A DNA stretch of 64,000 bases. It comes from Candidatus Tayloriibacteriota bacterium. GTDB lineage: Bacteria > Patescibacteriota > Minisyncoccia > Phycocordibacterales > PALSA-1337. The translations under genes and the position numbers were made by a program. Below the pieces are notes generated by a model. It saw only the letters and a list, made by a program, of their open reading frames with translations, made no database searches and had not been told where the DNA came from. Where the stretch lies: NCBI GenBank assembly GCA_943350765.1, contig CALRAJ010000003.1:1456-65455 (forward strand), given 5' to 3'. This document shows, piece after piece, positions 29,365 to 38,284 of the stretch (position 1 is its first letter; the number at the start of each line of letters is the position of its first letter).

Positions 29365-29568
29365 CTACCGACTGACCATGTAGTACTGGCGAGGACTGCC
29401 TCGCTGGACGACATGAAGCGCTTTCGTTGTAGGCTGGACATCGTTGACTCGGACCACCGTTCTTCCTGGAAAGGACGCATCAACCCTTTCGCAGGTACTG
29501 CACCCAGAAAGCATGAGTGCGACTATGGCAAACAGACCGATAAACCAAAGATTTTTCGTTGTTTTCAA
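29365..29568 (-). CDS. small putative lipoprotein
   Basis: Signal peptide with LSGC lipobox. Confidence 0.55.
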   Translation of the reverse strand: MKTTKNLWFIGLFAIVALMLSGCSTCERVDASFPGRTVVRVNDVQPTTKALHVVQRGSPRQYYMVSR

Positions 29569-29679
29569 TCTTTTTCACCTCCGTTCATCCAAGATTCTTA
29601 CTACTAGCAAGTCTACGCCCGATAGGCTGTTTTAGCAAATGTGTGTTTGCGCGTGTGTGATTTCTGCTATACTATCCTC

Positions 29680-30231
29680 ATGCTTTACACTAGAAAAGGG
29701 GACACAGGTACGACCGGTACATTTGGCTGTAATCAGCGTATGTCAAAAAGCTCGCTTATAGCAGAAGCACTCGGATCACTCGATGAGGTTAATTCATTTT
29801 TGGGCGTGGTAAAGGTTTGCTCGGCGGATAAAGATTTTATTTTAATCAATCAAAACTTTTTAGAAATAGTACAAACTGTTCAACAAAATCTATTTATCAT
29901 TCAAGCTGAGCTTGCTGGTACACCCATGTCTATTACCGAGGAAAAAGTTGCAGAGCTAGAAAAACTCACAGATACTGCGGAAAAGGAAATGCCACCTATT
30001 CGTACTTTTTTTATATCTGGTGGGACTGAGCTAGCCTCACTTTTTGATGTATCACGCACGATGGCTAGGCGAGCTGAAAGGCGAGTGGTAGCGGTACAGG
30101 AAGAGGGGCTGGTAAAAGTTGGTCAATATACGCTAGCCTACCTCAATCGTCTCTCGAGTCTTCTATATGCTCTCGCTCGACTTTCCAATCATAAGTGTGG
30201 TATAAATGAGTCTGCACCGCAATACAAGTAG
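29680..30231 (+). CDS. PduO-type cob(I)alamin adenosyltransferase family protein
   Basis: YTRKGDTGTT, GSLDEVNS, RRAER, YLNRLS. Confidence 0.92.
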   Translation: MLYTRKGDTGTTGTFGCNQRMSKSSLIAEALGSLDEVNSFLGVVKVCSADKDFILINQNFLEIVQTVQQNLFIIQAELAGTPMSITEEKVAELEKLTDTAEKEMPPIRTFFISGGTELASLFDVSRTMARRAERRVVAVQEEGLVKVGQYTLAYLNRLSSLLYALARLSNHKCGINESAPQYK

Positions 30232-30292
30232 AGTGTGTTGAGGTACCTGTTTTAGATTTTAAATCTATATTTTAAATTCTTAACTGTATCAC

Positions 30293-30364
30293 GGTGGCTA
30301 TAGTTTAGTGGTAAAACTCCGGTTTGTGGAACCGGTATCGAGAGTCCGATTCTCTCTAGCCACC
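30293..30364 (+). tRNA. tRNA-His(GTG)
   Basis: G-1, anticodon loop TTGTGGA, C discriminator; variant T-loop TCCGATT. Confidence 0.9.
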
Positions 30365-30413
30365 CAAAAATAATGAGACAAACGCGGAGCGTTTGTCGAC
30401 TGTATTTTTGGCA

Positions 30414-30536
30414 TGGTTAGAGAGAATCGGACGACGGAGCGGGGTACCCACATAACAATGTGGGTCGCGAGTCGGTGCCCAGACCGAGGCGAGTGGCGAC
30501 GAGCCTTGAGTCGCGGGAGATTCTCTCTAGCCACCC
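30414..30536 (+). repeat. tRNA-His 3'-end cassette (body A)
   Basis: Inverted copy TGGTTAGAGAGAATCGGAC; body GGTGCCCAGAC...GAGTCGCGGG; direct copy GATTCTCTCTAGCCACCC. Confidence 0.8.
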
Positions 30537-30588
30537 CACATTTGTTTTATTATGTGACTTTTTATCACTAACTCGGTATACTTACTAA

Positions 30589-31533
30589 ATGGAACAAAAA
30601 ATCAATCTTCCTCCTACATACAAGCAGATGATAGAGGAAATGGGCAAACAGCTTCAGTTACGCAAATCACTTTTGTTTAAAAGAGTGCTTTTTATTACTT
30701 GGCCGATTTTACTTTTGATTATTTCTGGCTACGGATTTCAGGCCGTTTATGATTTGGAAACGCTACCAGTAGAAAAACAAACTTGGGTTATCGGGGTTGC
30801 GACTGTGTATATTATCTGTTCTATCATCTACTCCATGATAGTGGGTTTTATATTTGAAATTGAAAAACGGATCTGGATTGATTCGTTTTTTGACCAAAAA
30901 AATCTCGACTCAACGACCAGCTGGAGGATCGCTAAAAAGCTATTTTGGCCTGGATTTAAGTTTAGATTGCAGATTTTGTGGCGATACTACCTGATACCTA
31001 TGGGGCTGGCGACCTTGATAGTCGGGGGTATTGTTGTCGGTGTATTTAAACAAGCTACCATGAGTATCTCTCAAGATAATATTATAATGGTTGCTTTGGT
31101 TAGTTTCATCCTGCTGATCATCGGTCTCACCATCTACAGCTACTATATTAAAACCAAATTACGCTACGCTTGGTTTATATTCCTGGATACATTTGGGGTT
31201 TCGTATTCTTTTGTCAATTTTGTAGCTGAAATGGAAAAGCTCAACACTATCAGCAAGTCAGAAACATTTAAAAAATCTTTGATTGCCACTGTAGGAACGG
31301 ACTCAGTACGAGATCTGGCTGGGGTAGCTATAGGGACTTTGAGTTTCGCCATGTCGCACCTTGGTGGTGCTGGTAAAATGTTGGGGCAACTCGCAAGTGT
31401 TTATGGAAATGAATTAAGTCGTCAGGCCACTGACCTCGGCAACATTACTGCTCAATACCTTATTTATAGATTTGCTAGAAAGGAGCTAGTGGGAAGTGAG
31501 CAGGTGGTCAATGAAGCTTTGTATCGGCTTTAG
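30589..31533 (+). CDS. hypothetical multi-pass membrane protein
   Basis: 314-aa ORF with several TM segments. Confidence 0.75.
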   Translation: MEQKINLPPTYKQMIEEMGKQLQLRKSLLFKRVLFITWPILLLIISGYGFQAVYDLETLPVEKQTWVIGVATVYIICSIIYSMIVGFIFEIEKRIWIDSFFDQKNLDSTTSWRIAKKLFWPGFKFRLQILWRYYLIPMGLATLIVGGIVVGVFKQATMSISQDNIIMVALVSFILLIIGLTIYSYYIKTKLRYAWFIFLDTFGVSYSFVNFVAEMEKLNTISKSETFKKSLIATVGTDSVRDLAGVAIGTLSFAMSHLGGAGKMLGQLASVYGNELSRQATDLGNITAQYLIYRFARKELVGSEQVVNEALYRL

Positions 31534-31539
31534 TTGTAT

Positions 31540-31986
31540 ATGAAAATACTTTTTATTGTTGTGGGGAAGAAGCACGACACTTTGGTGGAAAACGGTGTCG
31601 CTGAGTTTACCGCTCGTATCGGTAGATACACACATATTGAATGGAAAATAGTTCCTGCGTCAAATGCAAAAGAGGAGGCAGAGAAGATTTTACACGGTTT
31701 GGATGAAAACGACACAGTCGTTGCCCTTGATGAAAAGGGTAAAATGATGAGTACATCTTTGCTTGCACAGTATGTTGAAAAGTCTTTGGCAGGCGGGTCA
31801 AAAAGACTTATCTTCGTGATTGGTGGTGCTTACGGTCTAGACCAGTCTGTAATAGATCGTGCGGAGCTTGTCTGGTCACTTTCAGCACTTACATTTCCGC
31901 ATCAGCTAGTGCGACTTATACTATCTGAGCAGATTTACCGAGCGTTCACGGTTATCAGAGGGGAAAAGTATCACCATGAGGGGTAG
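31540..31986 (+). CDS. rlmH: 23S rRNA m3Psi1915 methyltransferase
   Basis: LDEKGK, FVIGGAYG, LTFPHQLVRLIL.EQIYRA...KYHH. Confidence 0.95.
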   Translation: MKILFIVVGKKHDTLVENGVAEFTARIGRYTHIEWKIVPASNAKEEAEKILHGLDENDTVVALDEKGKMMSTSLLAQYVEKSLAGGSKRLIFVIGGAYGLDQSVIDRAELVWSLSALTFPHQLVRLILSEQIYRAFTVIRGEKYHHEG

Positions 31987-32277
31987 GTTGGTGAAATACA
32001 CCCGAAATTTTCAGTAGAAAATTTCGGGTGTATTTCAACGGCTCAACAGGCTACAAAAACCTTGTACCGAGTTCTGCTAAACTCGGTATCTTCCTCGCCT
32101 CCTCTCGTCGAGTCGTTGAAATGGCTCTATAGAAGCACAGTATTAAATTGGCATATAGTGTCTTTGGTAACCCAGAATCCCCAACGGCTCAATGGTTTTG
32201 TACCTAAAACCAGTGAGCCATTGTCCCAGAAGTCTTGTTTTGAAACCCCTGATATTGCATGTTATACTTTAAATACT

Positions 32278-32898
32278 ATGAAAACAATATCAAAATACAT
32301 TCCACGTTTTTTACTTTTTGTGTACGCAGTGGTTTTTACTTGGGGGGCTATTGAGCCATCCTCACGGGCAGTTTGGAAAGTAGAAAACGGCCCGATTTTT
32401 GCTATCGCTTTGATACTGACCGTCCTCTATATACGAGGTACGCGCTTTTCAAATTTATCATACATATTGATGTCAGTTTTGCTCATCTGGCATACGATAG
32501 GGGGTCATTATACATTTGAGCTTGTACCATTTGACTGGTTTTCTGACATGTTTGGATTTGAACGAAACATGTATGACCGCATCGGGCATTTTTCGGTAGG
32601 ATTTTACGCTTTTCCTATTTTTGAATACTTACTCCGTAGTGGCAAAATGTCTAGACCTCTTGCATATGCTTTTGGACTTTTTACTATAGCCTTTGTGGCA
32701 ATGGGGTACGAGCTGGTAGAGTGGATTTATGCAGTGATGAGTGACCCTACCGCGGGTGCGGCCTTTTTAGGTAGTCAGGGTGATATTTGGGATGCACAAA
32801 AGGATATGGCGATGGATACCTTGGGCGCACTTGTTATGATCCCACTACACATGGTTTTAAGAGGGGGTAAGGATTTACCAGAAAATCGTGGGAATTAA
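32278..32898 (+). CDS. DUF2238/YjdF-family membrane protein
   Basis: GGHYTF, RNMYDRIGHF, FLGSQGDIWDAQKDM. Confidence 0.9.
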   Translation: MKTISKYIPRFLLFVYAVVFTWGAIEPSSRAVWKVENGPIFAIALILTVLYIRGTRFSNLSYILMSVLLIWHTIGGHYTFELVPFDWFSDMFGFERNMYDRIGHFSVGFYAFPIFEYLLRSGKMSRPLAYAFGLFTIAFVAMGYELVEWIYAVMSDPTAGAAFLGSQGDIWDAQKDMAMDTLGALVMIPLHMVLRGGKDLPENRGN

Positions 32899-32940
32899 AA
32901 ACACTGTATAAAATCAGTTAGATGTGTTACTATTATTAAC

Positions 32941-33408
32941 ATGAAAGAAGATGTTCGGGTAAGCAGAATACTTGTTAACTTTTTCGATAGGCTCGAAGAC
33001 GGTATTCGAGCTAGACTCAGTCGTTATCCATTAGTATATGCAATAGTTGGTGGTACTGGCACGGTGCTTTTTTGGCGTGGTATCTGGCATACCGCGGATC
33101 TTTTTGAGGCTCGTTTGGCAGAAATAGGGAGTCCTTGGGCAGTACTATTCTCTGGTCCAGGGACGATGTTTGTGGGGTTAATCATTCTGCTCATGACAGG
33201 TCTCATGGTGTCAGTATTTATTGGAGACCAGATCATACTTTCAGGTATTAAAAGAGAGAAAAAGCTCGCTGAAAAGACCGAAATAGAGGTTAGGGGAGAG
33301 TCAAATATCCTAGCTGATCTCAGGGAGGAAATCCATCACCTAGAGGAGGCTTTTGGTACTACGGTGGGTGGTAAAGAAAATGGTAAAGAAAAAAAAGAGA
33401 TTCAATGA
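32941..33408 (+). CDS. conserved hypothetical membrane protein
   Basis: FFDRLED..R..LSRYP..YA..GG...VLFWRG.W. Confidence 0.75.
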   Translation: MKEDVRVSRILVNFFDRLEDGIRARLSRYPLVYAIVGGTGTVLFWRGIWHTADLFEARLAEIGSPWAVLFSGPGTMFVGLIILLMTGLMVSVFIGDQIILSGIKREKKLAEKTEIEVRGESNILADLREEIHHLEEAFGTTVGGKENGKEKKEIQ

Positions 33409-34949
33409 ATTACCGAGATACTCCGTATTTTTCCGTAGGTCGTGCGACTGACTTGTCTGGTATGGATCGAGTGATTTATAGATGGCTCGAAAGATTGCCT
33501 GGCATTTTGTCTTTGGGGACAATCATTTTTATTATAATTATCTCGTATACGAATCCTACTTTTGCAGCATTGTTTATTATCATTTTTGACTTGTATTGGC
33601 TGTTTAAAACTATCTATCTTTCGATGCATCTGCGTTACAACTGGAAGCGCATGAAATATATGCTAGCCCGAGACTGGGATCCACTGTTGGCAAATCTAAA
33701 ATATGATCACCTTGTGCATATGGTGATACTACCTTTTGTTAATGAGGGTAGAGAAGTTGTGGAAAAAAGCATCACTTCACTTTTAGATGCAAAATGGGAT
33801 AGTAAAAACATTGTTGTTGTCCTTGCGGGGGAGGAGAGAGCTGGAGAGACATCTCGCGCTTTAGCTATGGAAATGGTAGAAAAATACGGTAAAAAGTTTG
33901 CACACTTTCTTTACACTGCCCACCCAGCTGGGATAGCAGGGGAGATGGTAGGGAAGGGTTCAAATATCGCATACGCTGCTGAACAGTCGCGACTACTAGT
34001 ACTCGATCCAATGAGGATAAAGTACACAGATGTTATTGTTTCAGCTTTTGATATTGATACGGTAGTGTATCCAAATTATTTTAAATGTTTGACTTGGAAC
34101 TTTCTCACTGTGCCAGATCCGCACAAAACTTCGTTTCAACCAGTGCCGATTTATAATAACAATATCTGGGATGCCCCAGCATTTTCTCGGGTGGTGGCTA
34201 TGTCGGCGACTTTTTGGCAAATGATTCAGCAAGAACGACCAGAAAGATTGGCTACTTTTTCATCACATGCTATAAGTTTTGAATCTTTGTACAAAATAGG
34301 TTATTGGCAGAAAAATATGGTGTCAGAGGACTCACGAATCTTCTGGAACCTTTTTGTAGCACATGACGGTGATTATTCTGTCGTCCCTATCGCATACCCA
34401 GTGTCCATGGACGCAAACCTTGATGATGGCTTTTGGCTGACCATGTTGAGTATTTACAAACAACAGAGACGGTGGTCTTGGGGAGTAGAAAATGTTCCGT
34501 ATCTTGTATTTGCTTGTATCAAAAATAAAGCTATTCCACTACATAAAAAGCTTCGTGCCGTCTTGACACAGGTTGAGGGTTTTTGGTCTTTGGCTACTAA
34601 CCCCATTATGATATTTCTTTTGGGCTGGTTACCGCTCGTTTTGGGAGGACGACTATTCCGTACTACTATTTTATCCTACAATCTACCTATAATAACTGGG
34701 TACATCATGTACTTCTCAATGGTTGGGCTTATTCTTTCTGCTTTAGTAGCGTTTAGCTTTTTGCCACCAAGGCCACCGACACACAAAAAAAGACATAGTA
34801 TATATATGGCATTACAATGGGTTTTGATCCCACTCACGATTACTATTTTTGGAGCGATACCAGCACTTGAGGCTCAGACTAGGCTTTTGCTAGGTAAGTA
34901 CATGGGATTTTGGGTTACACCAAAACATCGAGAAATAAAAAATGTATAA
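33405..34949 (+). CDS. membrane-bound GT2 glycosyltransferase
   Basis: GKGSN, DID, SED, QQRRW motifs plus TM helices. Confidence 0.9.
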   Translation: MNYRDTPYFSVGRATDLSGMDRVIYRWLERLPGILSLGTIIFIIIISYTNPTFAALFIIIFDLYWLFKTIYLSMHLRYNWKRMKYMLARDWDPLLANLKYDHLVHMVILPFVNEGREVVEKSITSLLDAKWDSKNIVVVLAGEERAGETSRALAMEMVEKYGKKFAHFLYTAHPAGIAGEMVGKGSNIAYAAEQSRLLVLDPMRIKYTDVIVSAFDIDTVVYPNYFKCLTWNFLTVPDPHKTSFQPVPIYNNNIWDAPAFSRVVAMSATFWQMIQQERPERLATFSSHAISFESLYKIGYWQKNMVSEDSRIFWNLFVAHDGDYSVVPIAYPVSMDANLDDGFWLTMLSIYKQQRRWSWGVENVPYLVFACIKNKAIPLHKKLRAVLTQVEGFWSLATNPIMIFLLGWLPLVLGGRLFRTTILSYNLPIITGYIMYFSMVGLILSALVAFSFLPPRPPTHKKRHSIYMALQWVLIPLTITIFGAIPALEAQTRLLLGKYMGFWVTPKHREIKNV

Positions 34950-34952
34950 AAT

Positions 34953-35798
34953 ATGGAACCACTTTCAAATAAAAAAAGACGCTTGTATTTCTATACTTAC
35001 CTGATCGTTTTCTTAGCGCTTCTACCTGTGGTGGTTTTGTTTGTTCAGGGGTATAGACTAGGTACGGGCTTTTCCATGCTTAGAGTGGGAGGGATATATG
35101 TGGGTGGTGTGGACTCTGATGTGGAAGTGTATCTGGATGGTACGAGACAGGAAAATTTAAAAAGTTTGAAAAGAGGATTTTTTGTAGAAAGTTTGGCACC
35201 CGGTACATATTCGTTGTCGATAAAAAAGGAAGGGTATAGTCAGTGGGACAAGATCGTCATAGTGGTGGGGGAAAAAGTTGTCGAAGCATACCCCTTACTT
35301 ACACCTTTGAAAATAGAGATGGTAAATATACCAAAACAGGTGGAGAGTGAGGGTGGGTTTTTTAGTTCTGCGACCTCGACTTCGTTTGTGGATAATGAGG
35401 TTTTTGCGGAAGTTTCAAAGTTGTTTGAGCAAGGCACTACCACCCAGTCGATCAAGCGACAGAGGGTAACTATTTGGAGTGAGGGTGCGAGTATCAAATA
35501 TAGGTGGGAGGACGATTTCTCGACTGTGTTCCCAGCTTTATGTGGTTATCAGAATTGTATTGCCACAAGTACTGTCTATGTGGCAAAAGAAAATATAAAT
35601 CGAGTCGGTTTTTACCCTGAGAGAAATGATGTGGTGCTATTTTCTCTCTCTGATGGTGTCTATGCAGTAGAGATAGACAGTCGTAGTCCACAAAAGATAG
35701 TCCAGATTTATTCGGGTAAAAATCCAGATTTCCGAGTAGAAGATGATGAAATTTTATATATAAAGGAGGGGGAGGATATTTTCCAGGTTGAGATCTAG
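34953..35798 (+). CDS. PEGA-domain membrane-anchored protein
   Basis: TM-GYR, VYLDG, LAPGTYSLSIKKEGYSQW. Confidence 0.8.
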   Translation: MEPLSNKKRRLYFYTYLIVFLALLPVVVLFVQGYRLGTGFSMLRVGGIYVGGVDSDVEVYLDGTRQENLKSLKRGFFVESLAPGTYSLSIKKEGYSQWDKIVIVVGEKVVEAYPLLTPLKIEMVNIPKQVESEGGFFSSATSTSFVDNEVFAEVSKLFEQGTTTQSIKRQRVTIWSEGASIKYRWEDDFSTVFPALCGYQNCIATSTVYVAKENINRVGFYPERNDVVLFSLSDGVYAVEIDSRSPQKIVQIYSGKNPDFRVEDDEILYIKEGEDIFQVEI

Positions 35799-35897
35799 TC
35801 GCTGTTTAGATTACAGCAACATAGCTAGTCATACTTGCACCCTTTAGACCTATTACGCCTATAAATAAGGTTTTTTTCCATACCTATGTCAAACCCA

Positions 35898-35926
35898 TTG
35901 ACAATCTACCTATTTGGGTGTATAAT
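35898..35926 (+). promoter_or_regulatory. consensus sigma70 promoter upstream of the DGR target
   Basis: TTGACA-N17-TATAAT. Confidence 0.8.
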
Positions 35927-35997
35927 AGGGGGTAGGGTAATAAGTCCTTTAAAAAACCAGCTTGGCTAGTCCACCTATGTGTGTAGTAGCGGAAACC

Positions 35998-36050
35998 TTC
36001 GCCACAGCACTTTGAGGCTCAATATTTGGGTATCAAAGTGCTGTGGCGAA
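35998..36050 (+). other. 18-bp perfect hairpin in the target 5' leader
   Basis: TTCGCCACAGCACTTTGA / TCAAAGTGCTGTGGCGAA. Confidence 0.8.
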
Positions 36051-36155
36051 CCGACTCCATATCTAAGTGATCCCTCGTGTATTACTGTGGCCTATGTAAG
36101 GCCTTGTGCACGAAACACTATTGATTCTGGAGACGCTGAAACCGCGCAAATACAA

Positions 36156-37545
36156 ATGAAAGAATCGACCCAAGAGCAACTGAATCAGTTTTTTGGCATA
36201 ATAGACATTTTTGGGACACAAAACTGATATACTACGGCTCTATTCAAAGGTAATTCAAATATTAACAAATATGCTTTCAAAAAAAACGCACAAGGTGTCC
36301 ATTATGTCAGTCATTGAATACAGTAAAAAATGGTAGTGGAGATCATGGCCAAAGATACAGATGTAATGATTGTAACAAGAGGTTTAGGTTGAAAGATTAC
36401 AAGAAAGAAAAAGAATCTGAATATATATGGAACGAATTTGTGTTTGCAAAGCAAACACTCAGAGAGTTGTCAGAAATATTTTCATACACTAAAAAACAAC
36501 TCCAAAGAATCTTTGATGGTATACAAATCACACAAAAGATTCACACCCCACGAGCACTACACCTCGTAGTTGATGCCACCTACTTTGGAATGAAGGAAAC
36601 TAGGCTTTGGGGAGTACTAGTTTTTCGAGATCAAACCAACAAAGAGAATCTATGGTGGCAATTCATAGATGAAGAAAGAATACACTACTACAGAGAAGGT
36701 AGAGACTACCTTCTCTCTCTGGGGTATACAATACTATCTGTCACCTGTGATGGATTCAGTGGCTTACCTGAGCTATTTTCACCCATTCCTGTACAGTTCT
36801 GTCACTTTCACCAAGCCCAGATCGTGAGAAGGTATACAACACTTAATCCGAGTTTTTTGCTCAGTTGCTGACTACCGTCAAACCTGGCCAGATGGATCAT
36901 AAACGGATGCAGGCTGCGATTAAGGACCCCCAGCTCACCGAGCGCATGTATGCGTTCGTTAATGGTTACGAGGTTGCGCCACTGCAGGTGGTTATCCCTC
37001 CAGTCGTGGAGCTGGCAACTTTTATCCCCCTCCACCTCTCGATCCCGCTCGCCACTCACAAGGCCCGCTCGATGTCGGAGCTTTTCCGCAATCGTGGCAA
37101 GGTCATCTTCTACTACCGCGATGGCGACCTCGACGGTTGGTTCACCGCGAACTCCCCACAGTGCCCAGCTGGCACCGCCTCCCTCGTCAAAACCCCCAGG
37201 GCAATGACGTTCCGGCAGATGGCGCAGTCGGCCACTGGACTCCAGTCTGAGTCCCTCGCCGACCTCTCCCGTGCCATTGTCACCAAAGGCCTCGACATCG
37301 TCCCCACCCAATGGGACGACGCTATCGGCGCCACTCAGAACGGCACGGATCTTCTCCTCGTCAACGGCTATGCCAACTTCGCTTTTACGAAGACAGACAA
37401 GAAGCTCAAAGATGAGAATCAACAGGTAGTCGTGCTCTGCGCCCGCCGCGACGACGACGGCCGGTGGGGCGCCGGCGTCTGCGGGCTCGACAACGACGAC
37501 GAGTGGAACGCCGACTACAGGCTTCTCCTCCGCAACTCGCCCTAG
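36156..37545 (+). CDS. DGR target gene with C-terminal VR, interrupted by an IS fragment
   Basis: Removing 36196-36859 gives a 241-aa ORF MKESTQEQLNQFFAQLLTTVKPG...RLLLRNSP; 3' part is ORF 36865-37545. Confidence 0.85.
36196..36850 (+). mobile_element. truncated IS256-family (Zn-binding variant) element
   Basis: CPLC...RYRCNDC, VVDATYFG, VTCDG, VQFCHFHQ; C-terminal half missing; AGTTTTTTG on both sides. Confidence 0.8.
37432..37538 (+). repeat. DGR variable region (VR)
   Basis: 107-nt ungapped match to TR; 15 of 17 mismatches at TR adenines. Confidence 0.96.
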
Positions 37546-37603
37546 GGCACTTTTGCCCTTTGACACTTCTTCCCCCAGCACTACGGTGCTGGGGGATTTT
37601 TTT
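37544..37603 (+). other. two stem-loops 3' of VR (DGR cis hairpin and/or terminator)
   Basis: AGGGCA-CTTT-TGCCCT and TCCCCCAGCAC-TACG-GTGCTGGGGGA followed by T7. Confidence 0.75.
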
Positions 37604-37786
37604 ATAAAATTTGATATACTGCCATTTAGGATTTGCTGACATACTCGGCGTAAGCTTGGTATGGCGAGTCCTGCAACATTCAAAAAAGAAATAGTTGGTG
37701 CCTCACTCTGGTGAGAAAAAGTCTCAAAATACTATTCAGCCCCAAGAGAATTCAAAGGGTGTTGTAATAGATGGAGCGAGGTACAA

Positions 37787-37893
37787 ATGCTCTACGCCAA
37801 CCGCAACGACGACGGCCAGTGGAATGCGAACGTCAACAGGCTCGACAACGACAACGAGTGGAACGCCGACAACAGGCTTCTCCTCCGCAACTC
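37787..37893 (+). repeat. DGR template region (TR)
   Basis: 10 AAY codons in the VR frame; 31 adenines in 107 nt. Confidence 0.96.
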
Positions 37894-37901
37894 TTGCTTT
37901 T

Positions 37902-37925
37902 CTCCCGCTTACTGCGGGAGTTTTT
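37902..37925 (+). terminator. hairpin/terminator 3' of TR, overlapping the avd stop
   Basis: CTCCCGC-TTACT-GCGGGAG-TTTTT. Confidence 0.6.
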
Positions 37926-38253
37926 GTTCTATGGAATAGATCCAGCCATGAAGCATCTTTCCGGCAGCGACCAATTTTTCATTTAGTAAGATAAACTTCT
38001 TGTCCTCGAATATGTTCATCTCCCAGCCAACAGATAAGAAGAATTTGATCAGATCCAAGTGCTCCTGAGCAGCCTTTATTAGAAGTATTTTTTGTTCGCC
38101 ACTACAATAGGTGGCCTGGTAAATTGACCTCAATGCCTCGGTGAAATAATCTTCAATTTTTGAAGCAATGCCAAATCGTACTGGTTTCGGTAAATTTTCG
38201 CTGTATGTAAACCATAGAGAATATGTTTCTTTCAGGTGTTGTAGCACTGGCAA
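37909..38253 (-). CDS. avd: DGR accessory variability determinant (Avd-like four-helix bundle)
   Basis: LPKPVRFGIASKIE, LDLIKFFL, GKMLHGW; between TR and RT; likely true start 38308 is out of frame at G10. Confidence 0.85.
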   Translation of the reverse strand: MPVLQHLKETYSLWFTYSENLPKPVRFGIASKIEDYFTEALRSIYQATYCSGEQKILLIKAAQEHLDLIKFFLSVGWEMNIFEDKKFILLNEKLVAAGKMLHGWIYSIEQKLPQ

Positions 38254-38284
38254 AATCGTGCGGGGGGGGGGTAGACTTTGTAGT

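Noticed and set aside
36808-37683. 291-aa minus-strand ORF over the DGR target
   Set aside because: Antisense shadow of a GC-rich gene; the VR codon pattern fits the plus frame
37695-37994. ORFs 37695-37994 and 37771-37986 across TR
   Set aside because: Low-complexity Thr- or Gln/Arg-rich translations of AAC repeats; TR works as RNA
38168-38284. N-terminal extension of the RT ORF
   Set aside because: Overlaps avd antisense; RT-like sequence begins at ATG 38285, which has a -10-like box 7 nt upstream
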